DNA from: a plasmid
Assembly (NCBI RefSeq): GCF_056712565.1
Contig: NZ_JBWXXM010000004.1
Direction: 5' to 3' (one strand)
Length of the DNA: 64,000 nucleotides
Position 1 is the stretch's first letter; every line of letters starts with the position of its first letter. The notes under the pieces were generated by a model. That model had not been told where the DNA came from and searched no databases. It was given only the letters and a program-made list of their open reading frames with translations. Positions 28,724 through 37,023 of this stretch are shown here, piece after piece. The translations under genes were made by a program, and so were the position numbers.

Positions 28724-29364
28724 GTAACCGTTTTTACATGATGTGCTTGCGTGAAATTGTGGGTAATAACGCCTCATTCCATTGCCATAACGGCAATGGT
28801 TACAGTTCTGATATCGATCGCGCTCATGTTTACACGCTGGAAGAAGGCCAAAAAGCCTGGAATTGTGGACGAGATATCGATCAGCCTGTTTGCGCTGATA
28901 GCGTGGATGCAATGGCTGTGTGGCACGTTGATTGCCAGTACATCCCTACAGAAAGCCTGATTGAGTCAGATTGCACTGCGTATGTGGCCTACAAAAAAGG
29001 TAGCTGGAACGGCAACGATGTTTACTGGCTTCAACACGGTGGATTGCCAACAGATGACTTCAGTAAAGCGACCATCTTTAGCGTCGCCAACAAAAACGAA
29101 CCAGGAATAGTTTGGTTGCCATTTTCCATTGCTGATTCAGCAAAGCGCCGGACGTTCAATATCAATAACTTTAACCGCAGAACAATGGTTCAGGGCGCAG
29201 GTTTGGTCATGCCTGACTGGTTGAAAAAGCAGAACAGAAGAAAGAAGTCGCGAAGCGGGAAGGTGCGTTGGAATTGTCCGCATTGCGGAAAAATTACCTG
29301 GCAGTACAGCCCATATGATTTTGAAGGCTGTCGTGATTACAACTGTGAAGGATGGCGAGAATGA
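28720..29364 (+). CDS. Cys-rich hypothetical protein
   Basis: GTGA-coupled start after AAGGAGG. The C-terminus has CPHCG..(n)..C..C. Confidence 0.5.
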   Translation: MSNRFYMMCLREIVGNNASFHCHNGNGYSSDIDRAHVYTLEEGQKAWNCGRDIDQPVCADSVDAMAVWHVDCQYIPTESLIESDCTAYVAYKKGSWNGNDVYWLQHGGLPTDDFSKATIFSVANKNEPGIVWLPFSIADSAKRRTFNINNFNRRTMVQGAGLVMPDWLKKQNRRKKSRSGKVRWNCPHCGKITWQYSPYDFEGCRDYNCEGWRE

Positions 29365-29948
29365 CAATTGACTATCAGGCACTGCGAGATGCGGCAGTTG
29401 CAGTAGAAACAGAACCTATGCATCAAAATTTTGTGGCGTTTCGTATGGCGTTCACGCCATCGGTGGCACTGGCACTACTGGATGAAATTAAGCGGCTGGA
29501 AGACACAAATATTGATGCTATGTGCCGTATTGCAGAGCTTGAGACTAATCTCGCGGCGCTGGTGGCAGAGAACGCCGGACTGAAACACGCAATGGCCGTA
29601 ACTCTTGAGCATGTGTCGGTCACGGATGCAGGGCAGGCCGGAGTTGCTGCAATGATTATCAACGATGCCCTGCACCACAGCGAAACTCCAGCTACCGATG
29701 CTTTTCTAGCTGAAGTGAAGACTGAAGCACGCAAGGAAGGCGCTTATTTTGTGGCGAACAGAATGCTGGCTGCCTGGGAAGCTGGTTTTATTGATGATAC
29801 CGCGAAGAACGCCGCGGATATTGCCCGGATGATTCTTACCTCTACTGAGTTTATGGCTAATGCGCCGGAAGGCGATTTTGACCGCTCATTCTCTGATGGC
29901 GTTCTCGAAGATATCGCCGCCCAGCTTCGAAAAGGAGGCAACCAGTGA
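29361..29948 (+). CDS. Ead/Ea22-like protein, paralogue 1
   Basis: MTIDYQALRDAA..VALALLDEIKRLE..AAQLRKGGNQ. Confidence 0.6.
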   Translation: MTIDYQALRDAAVAVETEPMHQNFVAFRMAFTPSVALALLDEIKRLEDTNIDAMCRIAELETNLAALVAENAGLKHAMAVTLEHVSVTDAGQAGVAAMIINDALHHSETPATDAFLAEVKTEARKEGAYFVANRMLAAWEAGFIDDTAKNAADIARMILTSTEFMANAPEGDFDRSFSDGVLEDIAAQLRKGGNQ

Positions 29949-30697
29949 GCAAGATTGACTATCAGGCACTGCGTGAGGCGGCGGAACGTGCAATTCCAGC
30001 AATGGAACGCCTGTTAATGTTGCCAGCTGATGATGATTTGTTAAGTGAACAGGAACTTAAAGATTACGGTGTGGATATTGATGCGCTCAACGCCTTCAAA
30101 TTTCTGGCCGGACCAGAAACCGTGCTGGCACTACTGGATGAACGGGAAAGAAACCAGCAATACATCAAACGCCGTGACCAGGAGAACGAGGATATTGCGC
30201 TAACGGTAGGGAAGCTGAGAGTTGAGCTTGAGGAAGTAAAACAACACGCTGAAGAATTATCCGAAACCAAGGCTGTTCGTAACCAATGGCGGCCAGATAT
30301 TTGCCCAATAACCGGACGTGCATTTTTCATGTGGATTGAGCATCCAACATTGGGAAATGTGCCGACATATGGTGGCCCATTAGATAGTTACACCATTCCA
30401 ACAAAGGACGGTGACGGTGAGTTTTCATGTGAGCGTTACGATCATGATTTTGGCGGTTGGGTAGAAAGCGAATGTCTTGGGTTATATCTGATTGATGATA
30501 GAGAACAATGCAGGGTCTACGAACTGGAGGAACGCGTTAAGGAACTGGATGCTCGGGAAATATCGCTCCCGGAACGTAGCAGCATGCTTCATCGAACAGA
30601 TTTTCACGATGATTACCAAACGGTAATGGCATACAAAGTTTCTGAGGTCATCGCTGCAATCCGCGCCGCTGGCATCCGTATCAACGGAGGTGAGTAG
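29945..30697 (+). CDS. Ead/Ea22-like protein, paralogue 2
   Basis: MSKIDYQALREAAERA..VLALLDERERN, with a GTG start. Confidence 0.6.
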   Translation: MSKIDYQALREAAERAIPAMERLLMLPADDDLLSEQELKDYGVDIDALNAFKFLAGPETVLALLDERERNQQYIKRRDQENEDIALTVGKLRVELEEVKQHAEELSETKAVRNQWRPDICPITGRAFFMWIEHPTLGNVPTYGGPLDSYTIPTKDGDGEFSCERYDHDFGGWVESECLGLYLIDDREQCRVYELEERVKELDAREISLPERSSMLHRTDFHDDYQTVMAYKVSEVIAAIRAAGIRINGGE

Positions 30698-30873
30698 TGC
30701 GTGTGGTATGTATCAGCTTGTTACCGTACCCGACTCGTTTTTGGGCTTCTGCGCTAATTGCAAAGCCACATGTCCTGATGGCTGACAACATCATCCCGGC
30801 ACCAAAGCGCCGCCATACCGGTATTGCAGCGGCACGACGAGCAGCAAAGAGACGCAGGAGAGCAAAGCGATGA
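30697..30873 (+). CDS. Small protein with a very basic tail
   Basis: GTG after GGAGGTG; the sequence ends AARRAAKRRRRAKR. An alternative ATG lies at 30778. Confidence 0.3.
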   Translation: MRVVCISLLPYPTRFWASALIAKPHVLMADNIIPAPKRRHTGIAAARRAAKRRRRAKR

Positions 30874-31046
30874 AAAACCGTAAGGCAAAACGACTTTTTT
30901 TACAGCGGCCTGTGCGTGTGGTGGAGCTGGTTATTAGCAACCATAAGATAGCGGTACTCCATCCATTTGGTCAGGTGGCTTTTGCCGCAAAGCGTAAGCC
31001 TACTGCGTCACAGAACAGGCGGAAGAAAGGGTACGCAGTAAGATGA
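30870..31046 (+). CDS. Small basic protein, MKNRKAK paralogue 1
   Basis: ATGA-coupled; 58 aa. Hand-translated. Confidence 0.4.
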   Translation: MKNRKAKRLFLQRPVRVVELVISNHKIAVLHPFGQVAFAAKRKPTASQNRRKKGYAVR

Positions 31047-31231
31047 AAAACCGTAAAGCAAAGATTCTGTTAGTTCGTAGAAACGCTCCTGGCGTCTGGC
31101 AGTGGGTGAGACTCAGCAACCGACGGATGGGGTTGATGAAATATTACGGGATGATGGATTGTGGTTTTTGCAAAAAGCCCAGCGCGGCGCAAAACCGCTG
31201 GAAAAACCATTTGCGCACTAAAGGAGAGTGA
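31043..31231 (+). CDS. Small basic protein, MKNRKAK paralogue 2
   Basis: ATGA-coupled; 62 aa, with the same first 7 residues as paralogue 1. Confidence 0.45.
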   Translation: MKNRKAKILLVRRNAPGVWQWVRLSNRRMGLMKYYGMMDCGFCKKPSAAQNRWKNHLRTKGE

Positions 31232-31232
31232 T

Positions 31233-31748
31233 ATGGCGTTAACACACCGCGAACTCTGTCAAATTGCGTACAAGTTCCTTAAGCGCAACGGGTTCAAGGT
31301 TTGTTTTCATGACCGCTTTATAGCTGTAACCAGTACCGGAGAACAGCCAGATGCTATGGGGTTCAGAAATTCAGCATCATGCCTGATAGAGGCGAAGTGT
31401 TCTCGTGCTGACTTGTTGGCAGATAGAAAAAAGCGTTTCCGTAAAAATCCCTCACTTGGCATGGGCGACTGGCGATTCTTTATTAGTGAGCCGGGAATTA
31501 TTTCAATTGAGGATTTACCACCTGGCTGGGGATTACTTCACGTTGTTAACGGAAGAGTACGGAAAGTACATGGGTGGCCCAAGGGTAATTGCTGTTGGGG
31601 TAATCCTGACGATAAGCCATTTACTGGAAATAAGCAGGTTGAATGCGATTACATGTTATCTGCATTAAGGCGCATGGAGTTGAGAGGGCACCTTAATGAA
31701 ATATATGACGGTGTAATTGTTAATAAGAAAGAAGGAAACGCGGCATGA
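31233..31748 (+). CDS. PD-(D/E)xK nuclease-fold protein (MmcB-like)
   Basis: QPDAMGF..(n)..LIEAKCSRADLLADRKK. ATG at 31233 follows AAGGAGAG. Confidence 0.55.
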   Translation: MALTHRELCQIAYKFLKRNGFKVCFHDRFIAVTSTGEQPDAMGFRNSASCLIEAKCSRADLLADRKKRFRKNPSLGMGDWRFFISEPGIISIEDLPPGWGLLHVVNGRVRKVHGWPKGNCCWGNPDDKPFTGNKQVECDYMLSALRRMELRGHLNEIYDGVIVNKKEGNAA

Positions 31749-32944
31749 TCACTATTACCAAAGAGCGACTGCTGACAATCAAGCAGTGGCGCGAAACATA
31801 CGGACCTGGTAGCAACGTTGTACTGCCAGCAGAAGAAGCGGAAGAGCTGGCACGGATTGCTCTGGCATCGCTGGAAGCAGAACCGGTGGCATGGACTGAT
31901 GAAGAGGAACTGCGCGATGTCAGGAAGTATGGTTTCGGTGAGATATTTCAGTGTCCGCCAGATAAATATGCGGACCCGCGTCGTGTAATCTCGCTGTATC
32001 GCGAGCTGCCAGCACCGGTAGTGCCAGATGATTGGCAACTCGTACCTAAGAAAATAACACTGGAAATGGAATGTGCTCTATCAAAAGCTGATAGCTATGA
32101 AATTGGTTGGCTATGGGCATTGGCAGCCGCACCTAAATACGAAGTACAGAACGCTAAACGCGTGCAAAACGCGCTTAACGCCTGCCGCGCCGCCATGCTT
32201 CAGTCCGGAAACTTTCGGGAAAACAAGAATTCGTCAACCAATAATTTTCGGGAAATCGCGGAAACGTCAACCAACTATCCGGCAATTCCTAGTGAGGTGT
32301 TGTCCGCAATCCTGAAGGTTGCCAGGATTCGTGCCGATTTCGATGATTTTGACGGTGACAGGCGAGGTATCGGTGATTGTCTGGATGAGGCTGAGCAAGA
32401 GCTTATCGTTACCATTAACAAATATGCCAGTCAGTTGGCAGCAGAACCGATAGCGACTAATGACGTTCGAGAGCAGCAGACAGCCGTTCCGCCAGTTCCG
32501 GAAATACAGGATGATGTCGCGCAAGCAATTGAAAATCTCAAGCAGAAGTTAGTGGAATGCAATCGCTATAACTACTGCGCAGATGCAGTTAAAGGCGTAG
32601 AGGATGCCTGCCACGCTGCCATGCTTCAGGGTAGGGAACGCCTTGTTCTGGATGCCGCTACCAGAACCGCCGCAGGAGGCGAAATGATGGATGTAAAAGA
32701 GAAGGTTTTGCAGGTGATGCGTTCCCGGGCTGCCCTGCAAGATAAAGCTCTCGGCGGGGAATATCCATTCAGGATGGCAACCTGGAATCTGCGGTTGGCA
32801 ATGGAGAAGGAATTTCCTGATGAAGAATGGCGGTCGGCAGATTTGCGCAAAATTCTTATGGAGCTGGCTAAAGATGGAACAGTATCCAAAGATACCCATG
32901 CCAGCCGGATTGGTCAGGCGGTATGGAGACTGGAGGTGAGGTAA
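31745..32944 (+). CDS. Hypothetical 399-aa protein with internal C(R/H)AAMLQ repeats
   Basis: ATGA-coupled to the nuclease-like gene. The C-terminus looks like a winged helix (weak support). Confidence 0.5.
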   Translation: MITITKERLLTIKQWRETYGPGSNVVLPAEEAEELARIALASLEAEPVAWTDEEELRDVRKYGFGEIFQCPPDKYADPRRVISLYRELPAPVVPDDWQLVPKKITLEMECALSKADSYEIGWLWALAAAPKYEVQNAKRVQNALNACRAAMLQSGNFRENKNSSTNNFREIAETSTNYPAIPSEVLSAILKVARIRADFDDFDGDRRGIGDCLDEAEQELIVTINKYASQLAAEPIATNDVREQQTAVPPVPEIQDDVAQAIENLKQKLVECNRYNYCADAVKGVEDACHAAMLQGRERLVLDAATRTAAGGEMMDVKEKVLQVMRSRAALQDKALGGEYPFRMATWNLRLAMEKEFPDEEWRSADLRKILMELAKDGTVSKDTHASRIGQAVWRLEVR

Positions 32945-33020
32945 TAAGCTGGCCTGAAGCATTTGCGATTGTAGGCGTAGCTATGGCGATTGCCGCTATT
33001 TTTATCTTCTGGGGGTAACG

Positions 33021-33254
33021 ATGGGAAAATTAACTTTTGTAGTCGAATTTGAGGATGGCAAAGAGCCACCTGTTAGCGCCAATCTTGATGTTGCTGGTGG
33101 CAGGCTGGTTTCGGTTCTATTTGGTGATTACCGCGACGACTTCTTTCAGCCTGAAGAAGTTGATGTAGTGCGAGAAGCATTAAACGAGCTAAGTGTTGAT
33201 AACGATGATGCTCATGCGGAAATCATCAAAAAAATGGAACTGCTAACTCACTAA
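33021..33254 (+). CDS. Small acidic hypothetical protein
   Basis: 77 aa, with RBS GGGGG. Confidence 0.45.
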   Translation: MGKLTFVVEFEDGKEPPVSANLDVAGGRLVSVLFGDYRDDFFQPEEVDVVREALNELSVDNDDAHAEIIKKMELLTH

Positions 33255-33302
33255 ATTATCAATTATGGTGCTATCACCTACGACACCGAGAGAAAATTTA
33301 TA

Positions 33303-33425
33303 ATGTCAAAAGTAAATGTTTTGATTTTTTCAGCAATTGTTGGCTTTGGTTTTACTGCCGGAGTGCAGATTTATATTACGTGGGAAAAAATCATCAACTA
33401 CGCATGGAGTTGTTTTATTAAGTGA
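33303..33425 (+). CDS. 40-aa membrane peptide
   Basis: MSKVNVLIFSAIVGFGFTAGVQIYITW.. in an AT-rich stretch. Hand-translated. Confidence 0.35.
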   Translation: MSKVNVLIFSAIVGFGFTAGVQIYITWEKIINYAWSCFIK

Positions 33426-33432
33426 GGTAAGT

Positions 33433-33726
33433 ATGTGGAGAGGTAATAATCATGGCAAAAGCCAGATGATACTTACCGAATATAAGCTAGACCACAAAAC
33501 CAATAAATCACGCTCAGTATATTTGCTCCGGCACAATAGCCGCGTAAGAAATACCGTGCTGGAACAAAATCTGACAGTTGAAATGGATAATTGCGGGGGA
33601 TTCAAGCCAACAATTTCGCTTGATGATTTTCCTCGTGGTTTAAGCGAAAGAGAAGCAATGCTGAAATTAGCAGAATGGCTACAAAGATTAAGCATTGCTA
33701 TTGAAGATAACTGGTCTGAACCTTAA
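33433..33726 (+). CDS. Hypothetical protein (97 aa)
   Basis: Internal Met of the 33337 ORF, chosen because it follows the upstream small ORF. Confidence 0.4.
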   Translation: MWRGNNHGKSQMILTEYKLDHKTNKSRSVYLLRHNSRVRNTVLEQNLTVEMDNCGGFKPTISLDDFPRGLSEREAMLKLAEWLQRLSIAIEDNWSEP

Positions 33727-33732
33727 ATTTAT

Positions 33733-34107
33733 ATGATGACACTAAAACATTTTCTTGACCGCCCATTATGGGCGGCAGCCGCAGGCTATGACTTTAATTA
33801 TATGGATTGCATGTCTTATACTGCCAATGCATACGACCATTCGTTCATCCTGCTGTTTAATTCTTTAAGAATATTGCCGGAAACAGAAGTTGGAGAGCTT
33901 CATTTATGGCTATTGGGCTTTATCGCGGCTGTCGTTGGTATTGCTGTATGGCCTTTTATTTTCTGGCTGGTGGCTGTTGTAGTGTGGTTTAAGTGCAAGA
34001 CATACCGGAAAAAGTATTTCTTAGGTGATGGAATGACTGATATTGCCAAAATGAACATTGAAGAATGGACTAAGGAATGTGAAAAGAAATGGCGCAAAAA
34101 GAAATGA
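33733..34107 (+). CDS. Membrane protein (124 aa)
   Basis: TM segment LWLLGFIAAVVGIAVWPFIFWLVAVVVWF and a Lys-rich tail. Confidence 0.5.
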   Translation: MMTLKHFLDRPLWAAAAGYDFNYMDCMSYTANAYDHSFILLFNSLRILPETEVGELHLWLLGFIAAVVGIAVWPFIFWLVAVVVWFKCKTYRKKYFLGDGMTDIAKMNIEEWTKECEKKWRKKK

Positions 34108-34739
34108 CCAGAATCACTGAAGAGCGCATATCAGAGATTATTTCCCGTATCGAAATGTATGGTCACGGTGCTGGATATACGGCAGATGAAGTATTGGAAA
34201 TAGCCCAGCAGATGCTGGCCTTGAGACAAAAAGAGCAACATGAAAGTAATACGTGTAGATTGAATTTTGAGCATTGGCTGGAACAGCAACGCGGAAAAAT
34301 CGATGTGGACTGTGGTTGTGTGTCCACTGAAACATTCATGCACTGGCTGCGGGTAGCTTACGAGGCTGGCAACTATCCGGATATTCCGGATAGTTCGGTG
34401 CCAGCGCCAGGAAAGGGCGTCACCGGTGAACGTATCCGCATTAAGCCGCATGTTTATCGCGAACTGGTTAACCGTCTCCACGATACAGCGATCAAGTGTG
34501 CTGGCACCCAGCAATTACGAGAAAGAATTAGCCGTGTTTTGGGCGACGTTATTACACCAGATCATCATAAACAAGCCGAGAAAAGTGACCTGGAAAGGTG
34601 TCACCTTGAGGCGGCATTAAACATTAAGCCGGGGCATACGCTTGGCATTATTGATGCACTATTGGTTCATAAGATGGCCAGGGCTTTATTGCCGCTGGTG
34701 GCTGAAAAGCATGAGGTGGACCATGCCAACGAAAGCTGA
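34104..34739 (+). CDS. Hypothetical protein (211 aa)
   Basis: ATGA-coupled start. Confidence 0.5.
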   Translation: MTRITEERISEIISRIEMYGHGAGYTADEVLEIAQQMLALRQKEQHESNTCRLNFEHWLEQQRGKIDVDCGCVSTETFMHWLRVAYEAGNYPDIPDSSVPAPGKGVTGERIRIKPHVYRELVNRLHDTAIKCAGTQQLRERISRVLGDVITPDHHKQAEKSDLERCHLEAALNIKPGHTLGIIDALLVHKMARALLPLVAEKHEVDHANES

Positions 34740-35006
34740 ATTACAGGTGCGCGTAGATGAGCTGAAAAAGAGAACGCGAGCCTCAAAAAAATGCTGTCGC
34801 GGGCGGAAAGGGAATTATCAGGCAAATTATTGCCAGAAGAACTGCCACCAGCAGATATACTAGATCGAGTGTCCCAGTGGATGAAGTCTTTTGGTTTACC
34901 GTGGGAGGCTTTTTGGTGCTACGACCATCGCAGATGGTGTGATGAACTTGATAGCAATTTTCCCTACTTTGCGGAAGGGAACACCTGCCCTCAATGCAGG
35001 GGATAG
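34723..35006 (+). pseudogene. Small CxxC protein split at an A7 tract (-1 frame change needed)
   Basis: Frame 1 reads MPTKAELQVRVDELKKRTRASKK up to the A7 run at 34785-34791. The -1 frame continues MLSRAERELSGKLL..CPQCRG. Confidence 0.45.
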
Positions 35007-35341
35007 CATTTGACGAAATCGATCACCCTATCCTGAACTTCAGAAAGAAGGTCTTTTTCACGCGCCAGGACGTCAGGATATTGACGTTCTGGCCTTACCA
35101 GATGCCGGAGCTTCCCATTAAGCAGAATGGCCTCAGAAAACACTTTTACGCTGTGCTTTATCCCCTCTGTTTCACTTTTCAGCGTCAAAATAAAGCGCAA
35201 TTGCTTATTAGCCTGATTCGGATTCAATACACGAATTTGCAGTTCGTCTATGCTGTTTCGCAATGGGATTGATGCCACCACACTGGTGCAGTCTCTGATT
35301 GTCTGAATTGAACGGCTAACATTGAGAACGTTATTGTGCAT
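34991..35341 (-). CDS. Hypothetical 116-aa protein, the only minus-strand gene in the 20.9-41.4 kb plus-strand block
   Basis: Clean ORF divergent from hot. I recognise no motif in it. Confidence 0.5.
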   Translation of the reverse strand: MHNNVLNVSRSIQTIRDCTSVVASIPLRNSIDELQIRVLNPNQANKQLRFILTLKSETEGIKHSVKVFSEAILLNGKLRHLVRPERQYPDVLAREKDLLSEVQDRVIDFVKCYPLH

Positions 35342-35373
35342 GTGCCTGATCCACTAACTCCTGGAGGTTTCTT

Positions 35374-35625
35374 GTGTCAGATCGAAATATAGCAGCTAAA
35401 AGCCAGGAAGAGCGAGACAAGGTGAACGTAGACCTTGCCGCCAGCGGCGTTGCTTACAAAGAACGGCTGAATATACCTGTGATTGCAGAGCAGGTGGCCC
35501 GTGAGCAACCGGAAAACCTGCGCGCCTATTTCATGGAACGGCTACGGCACTACCGGCAGTTAAGCCTCCAGTTGCCAAAAGGGAGCGATCCGGTGTATCA
35601 GAACGAGGATGCACCAAAAAAATAA
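35374..35625 (+). CDS. hot: Homologue of the DNA polymerase III theta subunit
   Basis: [33 protein letters not shown] aligns with E. coli HolE. Confidence 0.9.
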   Translation: MSDRNIAAKSQEERDKVNVDLAASGVAYKERLNIPVIAEQVAREQPENLRAYFMERLRHYRQLSLQLPKGSDPVYQNEDAPKK

Positions 35626-35710
35626 CGGCAAGATGGGGGAGAAATGTGATTAGCCCCCAGCGTGGCGCGCCTACAAACCCCGCTTTCACAAACTATGCCT
35701 TTTCAATGTA

Positions 35711-35730
35711 TACTGTATGAATAAACAGTA
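35711..35730. promoter_or_regulatory. LexA (SOS) box
   Basis: TACTGTATGAATAAACAGTA fits CTGT-N8-ACAG, 19 nt upstream of humD. Confidence 0.85.
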
Positions 35731-35748
35731 TCATTGAGGTAAAACGCT

Positions 35749-36138
35749 ATGGGCTTCCCTTCTCCTGCGGCGGATTATGTTGAAAGCCGAATTTCTCTTG
35801 ATCAGCAGATAATTAGACATCCATCAGCAACCTACTTCATGCGGGCAGCTGATAGCCATCACCGTGAGGGAATATTGCAGGGTGCTTTGCTGGTGGTTGA
35901 TTCTTCGCTTACTCCAGTTGATGGTTCGCTGCTTGTGTGCGCTATGGAGGGTGAATATCGCATAAAGAGATACAGGAAGTATCCGCGCCAGCACCTGGAG
36001 GATTTAAGCACCGGGAAGAAAGAGGCGTTACCAGTAGATGACGATGGATGCACGGGCAGTAATGCTGTTTTTGGTGTGATCACTCATGTCATCAATGATG
36101 CCCGAAGTGGGGAGTTTGATGATTGTCCGGTTATTTAA
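35749..36138 (+). CDS. humD: UmuD'-like protein
   Basis: GFPSPAADY.., an S24 peptidase fold, pre-truncated like UmuD'. Confidence 0.88.
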   Translation: MGFPSPAADYVESRISLDQQIIRHPSATYFMRAADSHHREGILQGALLVVDSSLTPVDGSLLVCAMEGEYRIKRYRKYPRQHLEDLSTGKKEALPVDDDGCTGSNAVFGVITHVINDARSGEFDDCPVI

Positions 36139-36210
36139 GCTGCAAAGGGCTGGTGCTTTATGCCTGTGAGGTTTATAATTGTGTACACATAACGAGTACA
36201 CGAGGTGTTT

Positions 36211-36432
36211 ATGCAATCCATTAACTTCCGTACCGCGCGCGGCAACCTTTCTGAAGTGCTCAACAATGTTGAAGCCGGGGAAGAGGTTGAAATCACCCGC
36301 AGAGGCCGTGAGCCAGCAGTAATTGTCAGCAAGGCTACTTTCGAAGCCTACAAAAAAGCGGCGCTGGATGCTGAATTTGCATCCCTGTTTGACACCCTGG
36401 ACTCCACCAACAAGGAACTGGTTAACCGATAA
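36211..36432 (+). CDS. phd: Antitoxin Phd
   Basis: [39 protein letters not shown]..; 73 aa. Confidence 0.95.
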
Positions 36433-36812
36433 TGAGGCATATATCACCGGAAGAACTTATTGCGCTTCATGATGCGAATATAAGCCGCTACGGCGGCCTG
36501 CCTGGCATGTCAGATCCGGGCAGGGCAGAGGCCATTATCGGGAGAGTTCAGGCCAGAGTTGCCTACGAAGAGATCACCGACCTTTTCGAAGTCTCCGCCA
36601 CCTACCTGGTGGCTACAGCGAGAGGGCATATATTCAATGATGCCAATAAGCGTACCGCGCTAAACAGCGCGCTGCTATTTCTACGCCGTAACGGGGTGCA
36701 GGTATTTGATTCACCTGAACTGGCAGACCTTACTGTAGGCGCTGCGACTGGCGAGATATCTGTATCTTCTGTCGCCGACACGTTACGTAGATTGTATGGT
36801 TCTGCGGAGTAG
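36432..36812 (+). CDS. doc: Toxin Doc (Fic-fold kinase)
   Basis: 126 aa with an [10 protein letters not shown] Fic-like motif, TAATG-coupled to phd. Confidence 0.95.
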
Positions 36813-36816
36813 ATTA

Positions 36817-36996
36817 ATGGCACGCAAATACAACAAATTGTCCCTTGAAGCGTTAAAGATGCTTCTTGATGGCGTGAGTCGCCGCAAGGTAAAGCAATAC
36901 CTGGTTGGTAAGCAAATTGGAGTCAGGACCGCTATTGCTGTGTTATGCCGTCAGGAAATGGTTGTGCTTAAACAGAGAATGCCGGGCAGCAGATAA
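36817..36996 (+). CDS. pdcA: Small post-doc protein
   Basis: MARKYNKLSLEALKML..; assigned by synteny after doc. Confidence 0.5.
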   Translation: MARKYNKLSLEALKMLLDGVSRRKVKQYLVGKQIGVRTAIAVLCRQEMVVLKQRMPGSR

Positions 36997-37023
36997 AGCC
37001 CAATCAGTGATTAAAGGTGTGAT

